64,000 nucleotides of DNA from the human T2T-CHM13v2.0 reference genome, Homo sapiens (GCF_009914755.1 NC_060935.1); one strand, 5' to 3'. Positions 38,521 to 51,529 are shown, counted from the first letter of the stretch. Made by a program: numbers and translations. Notes: generated by a model not told the origin, from the sequence alone.

Positions 38521-39462
38521 TTGCCCAGAGCTTCTCTACTTTACTGAGGGGACATGGATAGCGGGGATCAGCCAAGCCCTGAGCTCCTGGCTCTGAGTGG
38601 GAAACTGAATCAAAGCCAGGCTCTTTCAGAAGCTGTCATTGGTGACTCCCCCCTCGGTGACCTGTGGTCGGGCTTCCATCTCTTCATTCCTGCAGTGAGG
38701 ATCAGACTGGGCAGCCTTTGGCTCTGGAAGCCTGCAGCTTGAACAGCAGCTTCCCAGAATGGGCAGCACCTTGTCCCAGTTCCATGAACTGCTGGGGGAG
38801 ATAATTCTGGGGCAGGAGTACCTTTTCAGATCCCCTTCAATCTCTGTTTCTCTAAAGTTAAATCACATTATTTCATTCTTGCCTCTAAATTGACTCATTT
38901 TCTTTACTTAAATGCTTTTTAAAACGGAATTTTACATCATTACCATATATAGAAAGCCTATCCCCTGTCACAAATGGAAAGTAGCCACAAAAATTGGACC
39001 ATCTAAATCCATCTCCTCCGCCACCAGGGACGTGCAGAGCACGCTGGCTCCGAGCATCTCACCCAGTCAGCTCCTGCATTCCTCGAGCGCGAGCCTGACG
39101 GCGAATCATATCTGGTAGCGCGTAGGCCCACACCACTCACTCGGCAGGAGAGGTCCCTGGGAAGGTCTAAGCCTTGAGAGTGGAGCTGTTGTTTCCACCT
39201 TATTGCTGGGGGATGTTGGCCTTTTAGTAGGACTAAAGGTCTACGTTTGTAGCATTGCCCTCTGCAGAACCTCAGTTTTGGTACCTACAAAATGAGCGTC
39301 ATGAAACTTAGGCACAACCTGGACTTCCCTGTGCTACGAGTTTGATTTCTACATTCTTAGCTCTTAACATTGCAGGGGGCAGTAGCAGAACTGACCTAAG
39401 GGAAGAAGAAAAATCAGGTGATTTTGTGGGGTGATTGGAGGGACTTTAGGAAGGTGTTTGTA

Positions 39463-39901
39463 TGGCTGACCCTTGAACAATGCAGGGGTTAAGGGGCTGT
39501 GCTGACTCCCCGCCATGATCAAAAATCTGCGTATAATTTTGCCTTCCCCAGAACTTAACTACTAATAGCCTACTGTTGACCTGCATCCTTACTGAAAACA
39601 TAAACAGTCAACTAACACATATTTTGTATGTTATATGTATTATATACTGTATTCTTATAATAAAGCAAGCTAGAGAAAAGAGAATGTTATTTGAAAATCA
39701 TAAGGAGGAAAAAATATGTTTACTATTCATTATGTGGAAGTGGATCCTCATAAAGGTCTTTATCCTTGTCTTCTTCATGTTGAGTAGGCTGGTGGGCAAG
39801 AGGAGGGGTTGGCTGCTGCCTCATGGGTGGCAGAGGCTAAAGAAAATTCACATACAAGTGGACTCGCACAGTTCAAATCTGTGTTGTTCAAGGGTCAACT
39901 G
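39463..39901 (-). mobile_element. Tigger2a (MER28), full length
   Basis: TIRs tggctgacccttgaacaa / tgttgttcaagggtcaactg with TA on both sides. Confidence 0.93.
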
Positions 39902-40145
39902 TACTCGAAAACAGCATCCTCTACAAACTCACAGGAGATATCTGATCTGCCACCACTGACAATTTAAGAGTTCTGGGTTTCAGGACCTCTTAGCCTATTT
40001 GGGCCTTACTTCCTCATCTGCAAGCACTGGTTGCTATGAACTCTTGTTACACCTCAGCTGGATACTAAAGAAACATGTCCCAGACCTGTCCTCATAGAGC
40101 TCCACTCCAGCCACGTGGTAGACACATAAACAAAGGTATATACTG

Positions 40146-40434
40146 GGCAGGGCATGGTGGCTCATGCCTAGAATCCCAGTACTTTGGGAGGCCAAGGCAG
40201 GAGGATTACTTGAGCCCAGGAATTTGAGAGCAGCCTGGACAATATAGCGAGACCCCATCTCTACAAAAAATTAAAACAAAAAAAATTAGTGGGACATGGC
40301 AGCACGTGTCTATAGTTCCAGCTGAGATGGAAGGATCCTTTGGGCACAGGAGATCAAGGCTACAGTGAGCCATGATCATGCCACTGCACTCCAGTCTGGG
40401 CAACAGAACCAGACCCTATGTCAAAAAAACAAAA
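40146..40434 (+). mobile_element. AluJ
   Basis: ttgagcccaggaatttgag, aggctacagtgagccatgatc. Degenerate TSD AGGTATAT. Confidence 0.92.
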
Positions 40435-41212
40435 CCCCCAGAGGTATATGTTACACTTTGCTCAATGCTCACTCCAACAGGGGCTGAGACCAAGGCAGAC
40501 AGGCAGGAAGGAAGGGATTCAACACATGCTCCCTCCCTAAGCTCCCTTCTCTTGTCCTTCAATCCAAATAGTACCCATATTTGCCCAGCATAAAATGTTA
40601 GCACTTGGTCTTGTCTGTTTAGGTATACATTTTGAGTGGCAGGTTGTCTTCAGGTTAAGAGCATAGGCTTTGGGGCTGGCCCTGGCTTAAGATTTGTGTT
40701 ACTCACAGAAAAGTATGAACCTATCACAGCTTCAGTTTCCTTATGTGCAAAATAGGGACCCTAAGAGAACTATGTGAGATGCTATCTTCAAAGTGCCCAG
40801 CAAAATACACTATGAAGTTAGCCCTCCAACTTGTAGTTGTTGATGTTTTTGTTTGTTTCCCTCTTTAGTAGAAATTTTAGGTTTGAAATGGGACACTCCT
40901 GGATACAAATGCTGGATCCATACCTTGCTATGTATTCAACCTTGGGCTTGACTTCTTTGAGCCTTCTGTTCTCATCTATAAAGAGGGGTCATCGTAGTGG
41001 CCTCTCAGACAAGCATACAAATGCAAGGTCCCTAATGCTGTCACCTCTATCCACTCTCTAGGTCTGTGGGAGAAGGCCACATGCCCCATCAGCACAAGGT
41101 GAGCCTAGACTGAAGGCTCAGGGTTCTCCAGCATGCTCCAAGGTCCACAGTGTTCCCATTCCCATTCACTCTGCCCCACACCCAGCCCAGAGCAGCCCTT
41201 TCTAGGTGCTCT

Positions 41213-41794
41213 TGTAAGCGTAATAGATCCCTTGCCCAATGTGCATGGCAAGTCAATACACCAAGTACATCAGGTTGCAGCAGAGAAAGAGGTTTAATGA
41301 CAGGGCTTCCACACAAGGAAACGGGAGGAAGCCTCAAATCCATCTCCCAGAGGAGTTTGGAGCTTGGGATTTTAGGAGTTTTGGAGTGGGCCGAAGTGTG
41401 GAGATTGTTGATTGGTCGAGGAGTCCAGGGTGAAGTTCTGGGACAGGGAGATGAAGAAACTGTGTTCTCATACTGATTCCATTCCTCTGTGGGGGTCTTC
41501 AAACTTGTTAGTATCATCTGTTTCGCTGGAATTCAGGATCTGAGAAACATCTTAAGCAATTTTTAAACAGGAGCCTTATGATTCTAATGTCAAAGATCTT
41601 GTCTGTCTTAAAAGCCTTATAGCTCTAACATCAGAAATCCCATCTATAGGAACATTAGGGATGCAAACGGCCAGTATCTAGTCCTACAGTGTCTGTCAGT
41701 TACAAGGAAGTGGGTTAAAGTGCAGCCTGATTAATGCCTAATTATAGCCGTATTTCTGCCCAGAATTCTTGTTAACCCTGTGAGGACAGCTTTA
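41213..41794 (-). mobile_element. ERV1 (MER4-group, LTR8/26/29-like) solo LTR
   Basis: Begins TGTAA. ttgcagcagagaaagaggtttaat and ctcaaatccatctcccagaggagtttgg are typical of this LTR group. Exact family not determined. Confidence 0.75.
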
Positions 41795-43699
41795 CTTTTG
41801 CTTTTTGATGATCACTTTCATTACCCTGAGCCCCACATCACTGAAATAACAGAATCCATCCTTTACTGCTAGATCAAGGCTGGCCACCCACTGTGGACAA
41901 CATTGCCACTGACCATGACAGGGGCTTGTAGAGTCCAGGGAGGAGGAGGCAGCTTCGTCAGATGAGATCAGCATGAAAGGCTGTGGGAGGGAGGTGGAAA
42001 GAGAACGAATATGCTCTCCCTTCTCCTTTTCTCAATCCGATCCCATCTTTACTCATCTGAATGCTTGTCAGCTCCTGGAAACTCTTCCCGGGGCAGCCGC
42101 AGCACCGAGGAGAGACCAGAACTTCTCCTAGAAGACAGGTGTTTGAATTCTGTTTCTGCCATTGTCCAGCAAACTTGGACCTCCTGCCTCAGAGTCGCCT
42201 CACCTATAAGGGGGACAATGAAGTCTTTGTGAAGAATAAATGAGAAGTTTACAGATGTTCAGGCTTCTCTCCTTCTCATCCTCTTCCCTTATACCCACAG
42301 CTTCTCAGAAGCTGCAAGCTTTTTTACCTCCCACCTCTGAGCCCCCTCTGCCTCCCAAGCAAGCAAGGGTAGCCCTCATCGCTACCCATCTGCATGATGC
42401 AAAGCCCATATTTTCAAGTGCCATGAGCTCCTGAAACATCAAGACACTGACAATGAAATTAGCATGCCTCATCTGGGCCCAGGCCAGCGCAGGTCTGAAG
42501 GCCCCTTTCCTCGATGATTAGAGAAGGGGAAGATGGTTCCTGCCCAAGAAGGCTTACATCAAAGCAAATGAATGGACCTGATACCGACCTGAGAAAGACT
42601 CACCCCTCTGCCTTGCGCTCCTGGGCCAGCAGATGCCCCTCTCCTGACCCCACTAGAGTCACTGTTTCCCTTGCCTGGCATTTCTGGCCAGACATCGGCC
42701 AGTCCCGAGTCCACTTTGCTGCACCCCACACTTGATGCAAACAAGAGCCTGTTTGAAGCAAAAATCCTTCAGCAATTACCTGTAGAAATAGGATGGAGAG
42801 TGCTGGGAACGGAAAGAGGAATTTATTTATTTGTTCTCGATGCTTTGAGTTAGTTTTCAAATTGTCCTTCTGTAGATAAAGGCATCTCTCCAGCAGCTCA
42901 GCCCCAGATCGCAGCAGCTAATCTGCATCCGGTGGATCAAAATAGCCTCCAAACCAGATGGAGGCCCAGGCCACACCAGGAAACCAGAACCGGTCCTGAG
43001 TGCTGAGAGTGGGGATTTAAATAGACTCACGTGAAGCGTTTTTGGGATTTTTCTGGGACAAAGGCGGGGACAACAGGGATTTCCAGGACTAGGAAGATGC
43101 AGGAGGGAAAAGAGAGGCCGACGTTTAGAAAGGGAAGAGAGTGCACTCTGGCACTTCCTCTATCATTTTCTTCAAAGCAGAAAGTGGGAACAATTTCCCA
43201 GGGGGTCAAGGTCTTCACATGTCTGCAGTGCTCAGAGGGGAGAACGAAGGTCTTGTATGTTTCCCAGAGATAAATGATGTTGTGGAAAAGGCATAGGCCC
43301 TGCAGCCAGACCGGGTTATGCATTACCCACGATAATGATGAGATAATTTGTTCCATTGAGCCTCAGCTTCCTGGTCTGCAAATTGGGATTATGATATTCA
43401 CCTCCCAGGGTTTTGGTGAGGATTAAGACAAGAAATGTGAGGCACTCAGCCTACCCTATTCCTAGCACTTTCAGAACTAAACAAATGTTGGTTCCCTATC
43501 CCCACACCCCTTCCCAGCGGCCCTTCTTTGGGGAAGGGTGTTTTGGGGGCAGTAGTAGATCTCTGCCTAATTTAAGAGTAAGGGTTCAGTCTGAGTCTTT
43601 ATACAGTCTCAACCCAAACTCCTCTCTCCACCTGCCTGTCCCATCCCTGGAGCTGCAGGGTGGTTTCAAGCTGAAAACTGGGATGCTTGCCTTCAGATG

Positions 43700-43815
43700 T
43701 AGGTCTGCTAGGGGAAAGAGGCCATGTCTGTTTTGCTCAGCATTGTGTCCCCAGGGTCAGGCACAGTGCCTGGCACCCAATCAGCACTCAGCAAACATCT
43801 GCTGATGGAATGACT
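43700..43815 (+). mobile_element. L2 3' end
   Basis: ccatgtctgttttgctcagcattgtgtcccca...cacagtgcctggcac...ctcagcaaacatctgctgatggaatga. Confidence 0.8.
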
Positions 43816-46800
43816 GGGCAAGCGAGTGACTCCACCAACCCCTCCCTGTGATTGGAGGAGAAGAACGAAGTGTGGGCAAGAGCCCAGACTCTGACTGCAG
43901 CCAGCAATGAAGCTTTGGAGCAAGAGAAGTGACTGTTACTTTGCATTATAGGAACTGGGGAAAATGCTCCCACCCAGCAGCTTCCCCAGCCCCAGACCTG
44001 TCTGAGTCCCTGGTTTAGGGGTCACTCAGAAAAGACCACAAGCCAGCCTGCCCTGTCTCATCCTGTTTCCTCCATGTTAACCTGCTGTCTTCAGTGAAAC
44101 CACAGGCCCTGCATGTTCAGGGGGCAGCTCTTCCACCTCTAGGGCCACCTCCACCTCACACACCCTGGGCACCCAGTGGGGAGGGATGAGGGGGCCGGTC
44201 AGCACCTGCAACCGTGGCTTGTTGCCAGGCCCGCTTGTCTCCTGGCCTCTAATAGTCCCCTGGAACGTTGCCCCTTCAGCTCTTCCTCTTAGTCCTCAGG
44301 ATAAGGGAGTGAAAGAAGGAAGGAGTGGGGGTACTGTACACCTTTAATTTCCCTAAAAAGTCCTTGCATCTAAGTGCTCACATTCATGTGAGTTGGGGGG
44401 CAATGAGAGAGAACAAATGGGAAGTGAAGGCAGATCGGAGCTCAGGAGGAGAAAGTTCAGGTTCCGGGGCTGGGGGCAAGAGGAAAGCTGCATCCTCCCT
44501 CCTGGCACCGTCTCAGGTTACCCTCACCTGTGGAGGACAGACACTGTTGGCCTGAGACGCAGGGCCAACCCCATCCAGGTGTGCTCTGCTTTACCTCAGT
44601 CTCCAGATCAGGCAGAGGGAAGGGAAGTTGGAAAAACCAACAGCCTTGATTAGTGTAAATTTCATGTTCTACTTTGTGCTTCAGGGTCTGTATCACCCAA
44701 AATTTTTCCAATGAGTCACTTTGAAAAGCAAGAACAAAAATCTAGAGGAAATGCTCTGGTTGAAACAGGCTGCCTATCACACTTAATCTCTGAGTTGGGA
44801 ATGGTTCTGACGATCAGATGTTAGTACGCAGCCTGGTAACGCTATGGTATGGGGTCTGCCTTCCTCACTGGAGTGGGAGCTCCTTGAGGGTGGGGTTAGA
44901 GGCTTAGGAAGCTCTGCATCTTCAGTGCCCAGCACAAGGCCTGGCAGGTATCTGGTGGGAGGGCAGGTAGGAAAATGGCAGGAGCAGGGTGGGAGCAGGT
45001 GCAGTATCCCCATATGGTTCCTGCGGGCCCTGGGGAGGGCCCCAAAGCCCAGTTCTTGGAGGGAGGGGACAAAAGGGCAGCCTGAGGTCTGCCCTTCCTG
45101 CTGCCCTGCCCAGGTCCAGCCTGAGCACTCCTGGCAGCAGGCTGCCCTCAAGGTCCCAGCATGGCCACCTGCTCACATGTTTATCCACCAGGCCAGTCCC
45201 CTGGGACAGCTGGGACTTAATGAACTGCCGAGTTGCTAAGGCTGCCTTTGATCCCAGCAGTTCAGCTGAGGAAATCGATACCCTTAATGGAGAAAATCTG
45301 GGTTGTGATGTAGAGATTTGGGATGGGCCATGTGACCATGTGACTGCCTGCCTACCTGCTGTGGAAAATGCTAAGTTGGCCCAGCAGGAGTCTGCACCTC
45401 CTAAGGCCCATCTCCCGGGACTGAGCCCTGCCTGGGAGCCAAGAAGGGCAGTCAGGATCTCAGGGCACTCCCAGGCCAGGACAGGGTTAGGGTCAGAGAT
45501 CAGACAGAAATGCTAGAAAGGAGAGCCCATCAGTGCAGCCAGAAGGGTTTAAGGTGCACTGGGGAAGGGAGAGAGGACTGAAGAGAGGAAGACGGGAAGT
45601 GGCTGACTGGCAGCTAGAAAGCAAGGAAGAGCCACAGGGCGGACACTGACATTGAATGGCCCAGGGACAGGAGCAGCTAGTGACATTCAAGAACCAGTGA
45701 GCTTCAGCTCAGTGCTGTGGCTTCAGCAGATTCCACGCAGATGAGCAATGAACCCGGGAAGCCCACATGAAGCCAATGAGGAGTTGGAAACAGACGGAAT
45801 TGCCGTAGGGGGCACGTTGGGTTCCTCGGGATCATCAGGGTGGAAAGACCCTGAGAGAAGGTGGTCGTGGCCGAGGGCATCCCCGCTTGGCCTGTCTTGC
45901 TCACTCTCCCAGTGCCTGGCTCACCACCCTCGGCTGATGCGTTCTGTCAAATATTCCCCCTCCCACGGCAGATCAGGTTATGAACTCAGTCAATACTTGC
46001 ATCAGCACTGGCTGGCTCTGTTTCACCAGGCACTGTGTTCCTGTCTCGTGGGCTTAGTGTCTCCCCATTCCCTCCTCCCTGGCGCTCAGCATGGTGGTGA
46101 CCAGATCTGCAATTAGCTCCGTGGTTCCACGGCACACCTAGCAGCAGGCTGTCTGCGTGGCTAGCCTCCTCCCCACAGGGCCCTCTCTATGGGGCACCGT
46201 CGGTTCCAGGCTCCTTGGAGGCCAACACAGTGTGGGCTTCTCAACGTAAGGCCTCCCTGTGGCTCGGGCTGGGGCACAGCTGCTCAGCACTCACAAGTCT
46301 CCTGGTTCCCAGGTTAGACCCAAAGAGCCCACACAGGGGAGGGAGCCTTGATTGCTGCATAGTGGAAGGAGCCCACACAGCCTGCGCTCTGGTCTTCTCT
46401 CTGCCTGACTCTTGCCCTGGCCTTGGCCTCCCAGGTCCTGGCTTTCCTTATCTAGAAAGTACAGGGTGATAATCCTTGTCCTGCTCACCTCACAGGACAC
46501 AGTAGAAAACTTGAATGAGAACGCAGATGTGAAATACTCCCTCAGGTACCAGATATACCCAATGATTTGTTTCATATGGACACACTTTGCCTGGCTTCTT
46601 ATTCAAATGGCACCACACAGGAGTTCCTTCCAGGCCCAGAATGACCCTGGATGCTTTGTGAGAGGCACCCTCTGACCTGGGGGCATTTATGGGGCAGGGT
46701 GGGGGAGAGCAAAGTCGCACTGTATCACAAACACAAAGAAATGTGTGAAATTGCTCTGAGGGTGGAGTTTGATGGCCCTAGTTTGGAAAAACAGATGCTC

Positions 46801-47053
46801 CAGTTCTGCAGTGAGTCCCCAGGATTGCAGGCACCAGGCCCCTGGTTGGAGGTTGGTGTCACAGCCAGGGGTGTAAGATGTAAAGACAGCCAGCGGGGGC
46901 TGGTAATGTGCTCAGTGTCCTTGGCCCTATTGGGCATAAGGTCGGAGAACAGGGTCCTTCTGTCTCTCCTCATGCCCTCAGATGATTGGGGCTAGCACCC
47001 TTATAGTCTATAGGTATCCTCAAGCCAGGGCCACAGTTCCAACCAGGAACACC

Positions 47054-47179
47054 CAGGTGGAGCCCCACCTGGTGCTTTGCAGGTGAGGCCAGCTCTCACA
47101 CCTGGGAAAGGCGACGTGAGAGCTCAGTGTTCTGGCACACCCCTGACACCACCACCTGAACAAGTCTGGATATGCAAAT
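47054..47179. promoter_or_regulatory. Cluster of five CAGGTG/CACCTG E-boxes plus an octamer
   Basis: E-boxes at 47054, 47066, 47080, 47099 and 47153; ATGCAAAT at 47172-47179. Motifs seen directly, function inferred. Confidence 0.45.
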
Positions 47180-48604
47180 GATCTCCTTCCTTCATGGTTT
47201 TGTCCTATTCTAATCCATAGCTCAGCCCTGGCTAATCAGCAGGAACCACTGCCCCCCTGTGGGGGCAGGGACAAGGCAGGTGTTCTGAGCTTGGGAGCCA
47301 GGGCCAGGGCAGGGCTCTGACGTTGGGAAGGGATGCCAGCCAAGGGGGTTCATGCCAATGGAACTTTGCAGAGGCAAGTCTTCGCAGGGCTATTTGCTCA
47401 AGAGCCTGGAACAAGCAGTCCCAGCCTCCTCCCCAACTCAAACCCAGGAAAGAGCTCCCTTGGGATTTCTAACCAATCCCCAACCTTTGTCCCTTCTAGG
47501 GACCTGGAGCCCAGGGCAAAGCAATGGCCAGGGAGCAGAGCGTCATACAGCACCCTCACAGCTGATGTCCCCATGGTGGCAAAGGCAGCCTCCATGGCTT
47601 CCATTTAACCTCTCTGGACCCTCAGCCCTAGCTATGGCCAAGGAATCTGCTTTTCCAATATTGCAAGGAGAAGGCAGCAGGGTTTGTGAAGATGCTGTTT
47701 TCCCACACTTAACCCCCAGAATCAGAATGGGCCCATGGCAAAAGTGGGGACAGAAACGTGGGAGTCATAGCCACACCAATGCTGGCAGGATCTTTTGGCT
47801 CATTCATGCACACCCACCATGTGCCCAAGAGCCCACGGCTGGCGGGGACAGGGCCAGACCCCAAAGAGAGCCCAGCATGTCTCTGGCCTTCTCCCCAGTG
47901 GAGGCCCCTCTTCCTACCTCTCCCTCGGGGTTCTGGGATGAGATCTACAAAGACTGAGGGGTCGAGGGCTAAGACAGACTCTCGACATGACTCTCAGAGG
48001 AGTGGAAAGCTCCTCTCCCATTCCTCCAAAACTGGTGACTGCGGCAAGACTAGCAGAGGAGCCAGCTGGAGCTGCCCAAGTCATACTCCCATTGCGTTGT
48101 GATGTCACAGAGGCCCGAGGAAATGCTGGCCTCCAGTCAGAACTAATCTGCTACTTAGAGCCTATAACCTTGCACAAGTTACAGAATCTCTCTAACCCTC
48201 AGTTTCCTTACCTGGAAAATGGGCATGCTATATCTACTACTCAGATTCATTGTGAGAACAAACAATAGCCCACATATAGAGCATGCAGCAAGGTGTGTGG
48301 CTCTTTATAGGCACCCACCACTGTTCTCTTTTCCTCTTTACTCCTCTCCTTTCCCTTTCTGGACTTCAGTCCAGAAATGCTCTCTATTGTGTCTATGACC
48401 ACTATGTCCAATCACCAAGTCACTTTCAATATGTCTAGTGACACGATGGAGCAACACGCACACTCTGCACAACACTTCTTCACCATGTATACTCGCAAAG
48501 ATGCACCAGGCATGCTGACTCTGCATCACAAAACAGAATTCCAGCCCTGGGTGACACGTGCCCTATGAATATAGTATTCATAGGTTTTCAGAAACAGTTC
48601 TGAT

Positions 48605-48700
48605 CTATGCCTATTTGACATCCAAACTGTGACATTTTTAGAATGAAAATGTTGCCAGGACAACAAGTATAAACTAGGAATGTCCTGGAAATCCTATGAA
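48605..48700. mobile_element. MER81-like hAT-Blackjack fragment
   Basis: catccaaactgtgacatttttagaatgaaa...ccaggacaacaagtataaactaggaatgtcctgg. Confidence 0.6.
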
Positions 48701-49001
48701 TACTCATTAGGACCTCGATCTCTTAGGGTAAAGAAGGCTTCTGTCTCTACACTCCTACCTGGGATATTTACAGTCCTTGGGCCTCTGCTCTGGGAAGACT
48801 CCTGAGCCACCAGGCCAGGTTCCCTGCTCCAACTTGGATCAACCCAACGCCTAATGCTTCCTTCCCTCTTTACAAGGGACTGCTGCCTCCACTTCACCTA
48901 TTTGCTTCTCTGTCTCTCACACTCACCACGAGCAACCTGAGGATGGGGGTCCCCATACCTAACACTGCCTGGCTTATAGTAGATGCTCAAAAATGTGCAT
49001 A

Positions 49002-49072
49002 TGAGCCGAGATCATGCCACTGCCCTGCAGCCTGGGTGACAGAGCAAGACTTTGTCTCAAAAAAGAAAAAAA
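49002..49072 (+). mobile_element. Severely 5'-truncated Alu (last ~57 nt + A-tail) inserted in an L2 tail
   Basis: tgagccgagatcatgccactgc...gtctcaaaaaagaaaaaaa. TSD AAAAATGTGCAT / AAAACTGTGCAT. Confidence 0.92.
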
Positions 49073-50139
49073 CTGTGCATGGGGAGAAAAAACAGATAAA
49101 TGCCCCACTTAGGAGAGGAAAACTAGGCAGAGAGTAGGGGGTTAATGCAGCTCCTGGTGGAAGCTGGAAGAAGTCAGCCCAGCTAAAAGAAGAGGGCTGT
49201 TGTTTGCTACCAGGCAAGCCAGAGCAGGCTTCTTCTGCCCCCTCCACTCCATCCCCCATGCACACGTGTCTGCAAATGGCACCTGGTGGTTGGCCAGGGA
49301 GATGACATCTTCATGCCCACAGGTGACGGGCCGAGAGGACAGTTAGTGCTTTGTTGAAAAGCTTTCAGAGTCGGAGTCTCTGCTCTCAGAAGTAGGAAGA
49401 CAATTCAGAACCCTGCTGTGGCCTCTCCCTTCTTCCCCTCTCTGGCTAGCCCCCTCTCAAGACAGGGACCACCCCAGCCATGGCATCCAGAGTGGGTTCC
49501 CTGTGCACTCAAGCCAGTTGCCTGGGTGCCATCACTTGTCACTTGACAATAGAGAAGGATGTTTCTCTATTTTCCAGCTCAGATGAGCTTTCGAAGATGC
49601 TATCTGGCTGTGATATAAATCCATTGAGAAAGCCCTGGAGGGAGCCCCTGCAAAGCCCTAAATTGGACACTAAAAACAGATAAAAGCCAATGGTTTAAAG
49701 GCTTTACGTGAGCTCCATTTGGGGGAAGAAATGAAAACAGGGATTTAGTTTGTCCTCTCCCACCAACACACTTTGGGCAGCTGTGGCCTGAGATTTTAGA
49801 TATTTGGTGTCCCTGATGCATGGACCTGAGTGGCTGATGAGCCAGCACTAACGGGGAGAGCCTAGAGCTAAGACAGCCCCGAAGGGGCCCTGCTCTCCTT
49901 CCCTCTCCCCCACCACCATCCTGCAACCCTGCCCTGATGGCCAAGTGCAGGACTCAGCACTTGAACGACTGAAGGAATAAATCCCAGCCCTGCCCAGCCC
50001 AACAGCAACTCCAGGGTTACCCAGGCCCATGTTAGTGGCATTTCCTTAGGGTGAGCAGGTCAAGCCCTCCTTGCTGCTTCTGCAATCCAAGGCCCTGGTT
50101 TCCCTCGACTCAGTTGGTGGGGTGGCACGTTAACCAACA

Positions 50140-50182
50140 GGACATTGTGGCTGCCTGGACATTGCGGCTGCCTGGACATTGC
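50140..50182. repeat. 17-bp tandem repeat, 2.5 copies
   Basis: ggacattgtggctgcct ggacattgcggctgcct ggacattgc. Confidence 0.92.
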
Positions 50183-50455
50183 CTTCATACTTCTCTTTCT
50201 TGGCCAGTGCCCTGCAGCCAGAAAACTTGGTATTTGGGAAGATGGAGAGGCTAAAATGAAAATTATAGGAGCATTTTCACCCAACACACAGCAAGCAGGG
50301 CTATCTGGAGTGTCCAGGGACAGGACACATGGCAATCCTGTAGCCCCTCTTTGGGATAAATAATAAATGTCCAGCCGTTCCGATCAGAAGGCTAGGCCAT
50401 CACTTTCTCAAAATATTGCCATGGGGTACAAAGGGTAATGCAATCTATACTAACT

Positions 50456-50636
50456 CAATTGTTCTCAACCTACACATTAGTGTTACCCAGGAACCTTTTT
50501 AAAATTCCAATGTCTGGGCCACACCCCAGACCAATTAAAACAGAATCTCAGCGGTGAGGCTCAGGCATCAGCATTTTTCAAATTGCTTCTCTCATTTTTC
50601 AAGTGATTCCACTGTGCAACCAAGGCGGAACCACTG
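50456..50636. mobile_element. MER5A
   Basis: gttctcaacc...ccccagaccaattaaaacagaatctc...gaaccactg. Confidence 0.85.
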
Positions 50637-51529
50637 TTCTAGTTGGCTAAACCTATTAAAGAAAATATGGAGGCTGGGGGCTAAGGGTTCTCATTCTTCT
50701 CAAGTCTCTTATTCCTACTCTTTAATTTGGACCTGAAGTGTCAGGGCCTGGAGGGATGATCAGCAATGAAGGTCAAGTTAAGAATGACATCCTTTCCTTC
50801 CTGCTAGGCATAGTGAACCTGACCCTGGCGTGGTCTGCCTCAGCATTTGCAGGATATGAAAGCAGCCCACTGGAGCCTGGGGTCAGATCTGGGAGGGATG
50901 TTGGAAGCATATAGGCCAACCATACCTCCCATTTTACATGTGAAGACACAAAGGAAAGTGAGGGTGTGACCTAACTAGGGTCACTGAGCATGTGTCTGAG
51001 TCCTGGGCTCTGTACTTTATGCAGTAGTGCCTATCTGGGGACTTCCAGCTCTGTGGGACTTCTGGCTTATCTACTGAATGATGGAGACCCAGGACAGTGA
51101 ACCTTTTGACTTCCAGTAACCCCTCCATGAATGCGTTCCCAAAACAGAGAGGAAGGGAGACGTCATCGTAGCACCATGTTGAATGGGGCTGGTCTGGAAT
51201 CTCAGCTTTGCCATTAAGAAGCTCTATGGCCTTGAAGACCATCAGCCTCTCTGTGAGCTTCCATTCTATTCATTTATAAGACAGGGAAACTATTAACTTC
51301 ACACAAGGGTATTAGGCAATGGTTAAATAAAATGAAGTGTGTAAAGTACTGGACCATACTAAGTGTTTACCCAAAGTTACTTTCCATCCCTCCCTTCACT
51401 CCTCCTTTCCTAGCATCAAGATGATACTTCTTATGGCAGGATCATGGCCCTCAGCCCCTGGAAGCTCTGCTGACCTGGGCCTAGTATGGAAAGTATGTCC
51501 CCAAAATAGATAAGATGGTGCTTAGGGAC

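Noticed and set aside
39368-39384. CTCF-like ttgcagggggcagta (similar partial matches near 1681, 24210, 36840, 44115, 49280)
   Set aside because: Each misses key consensus positions and cannot be supported without PWM scoring or ChIP data.
47352-47957. 201-aa ORF
   Set aside because: Pro/Ser/Gln-rich chance ORF with no domain or convincing exon boundaries.
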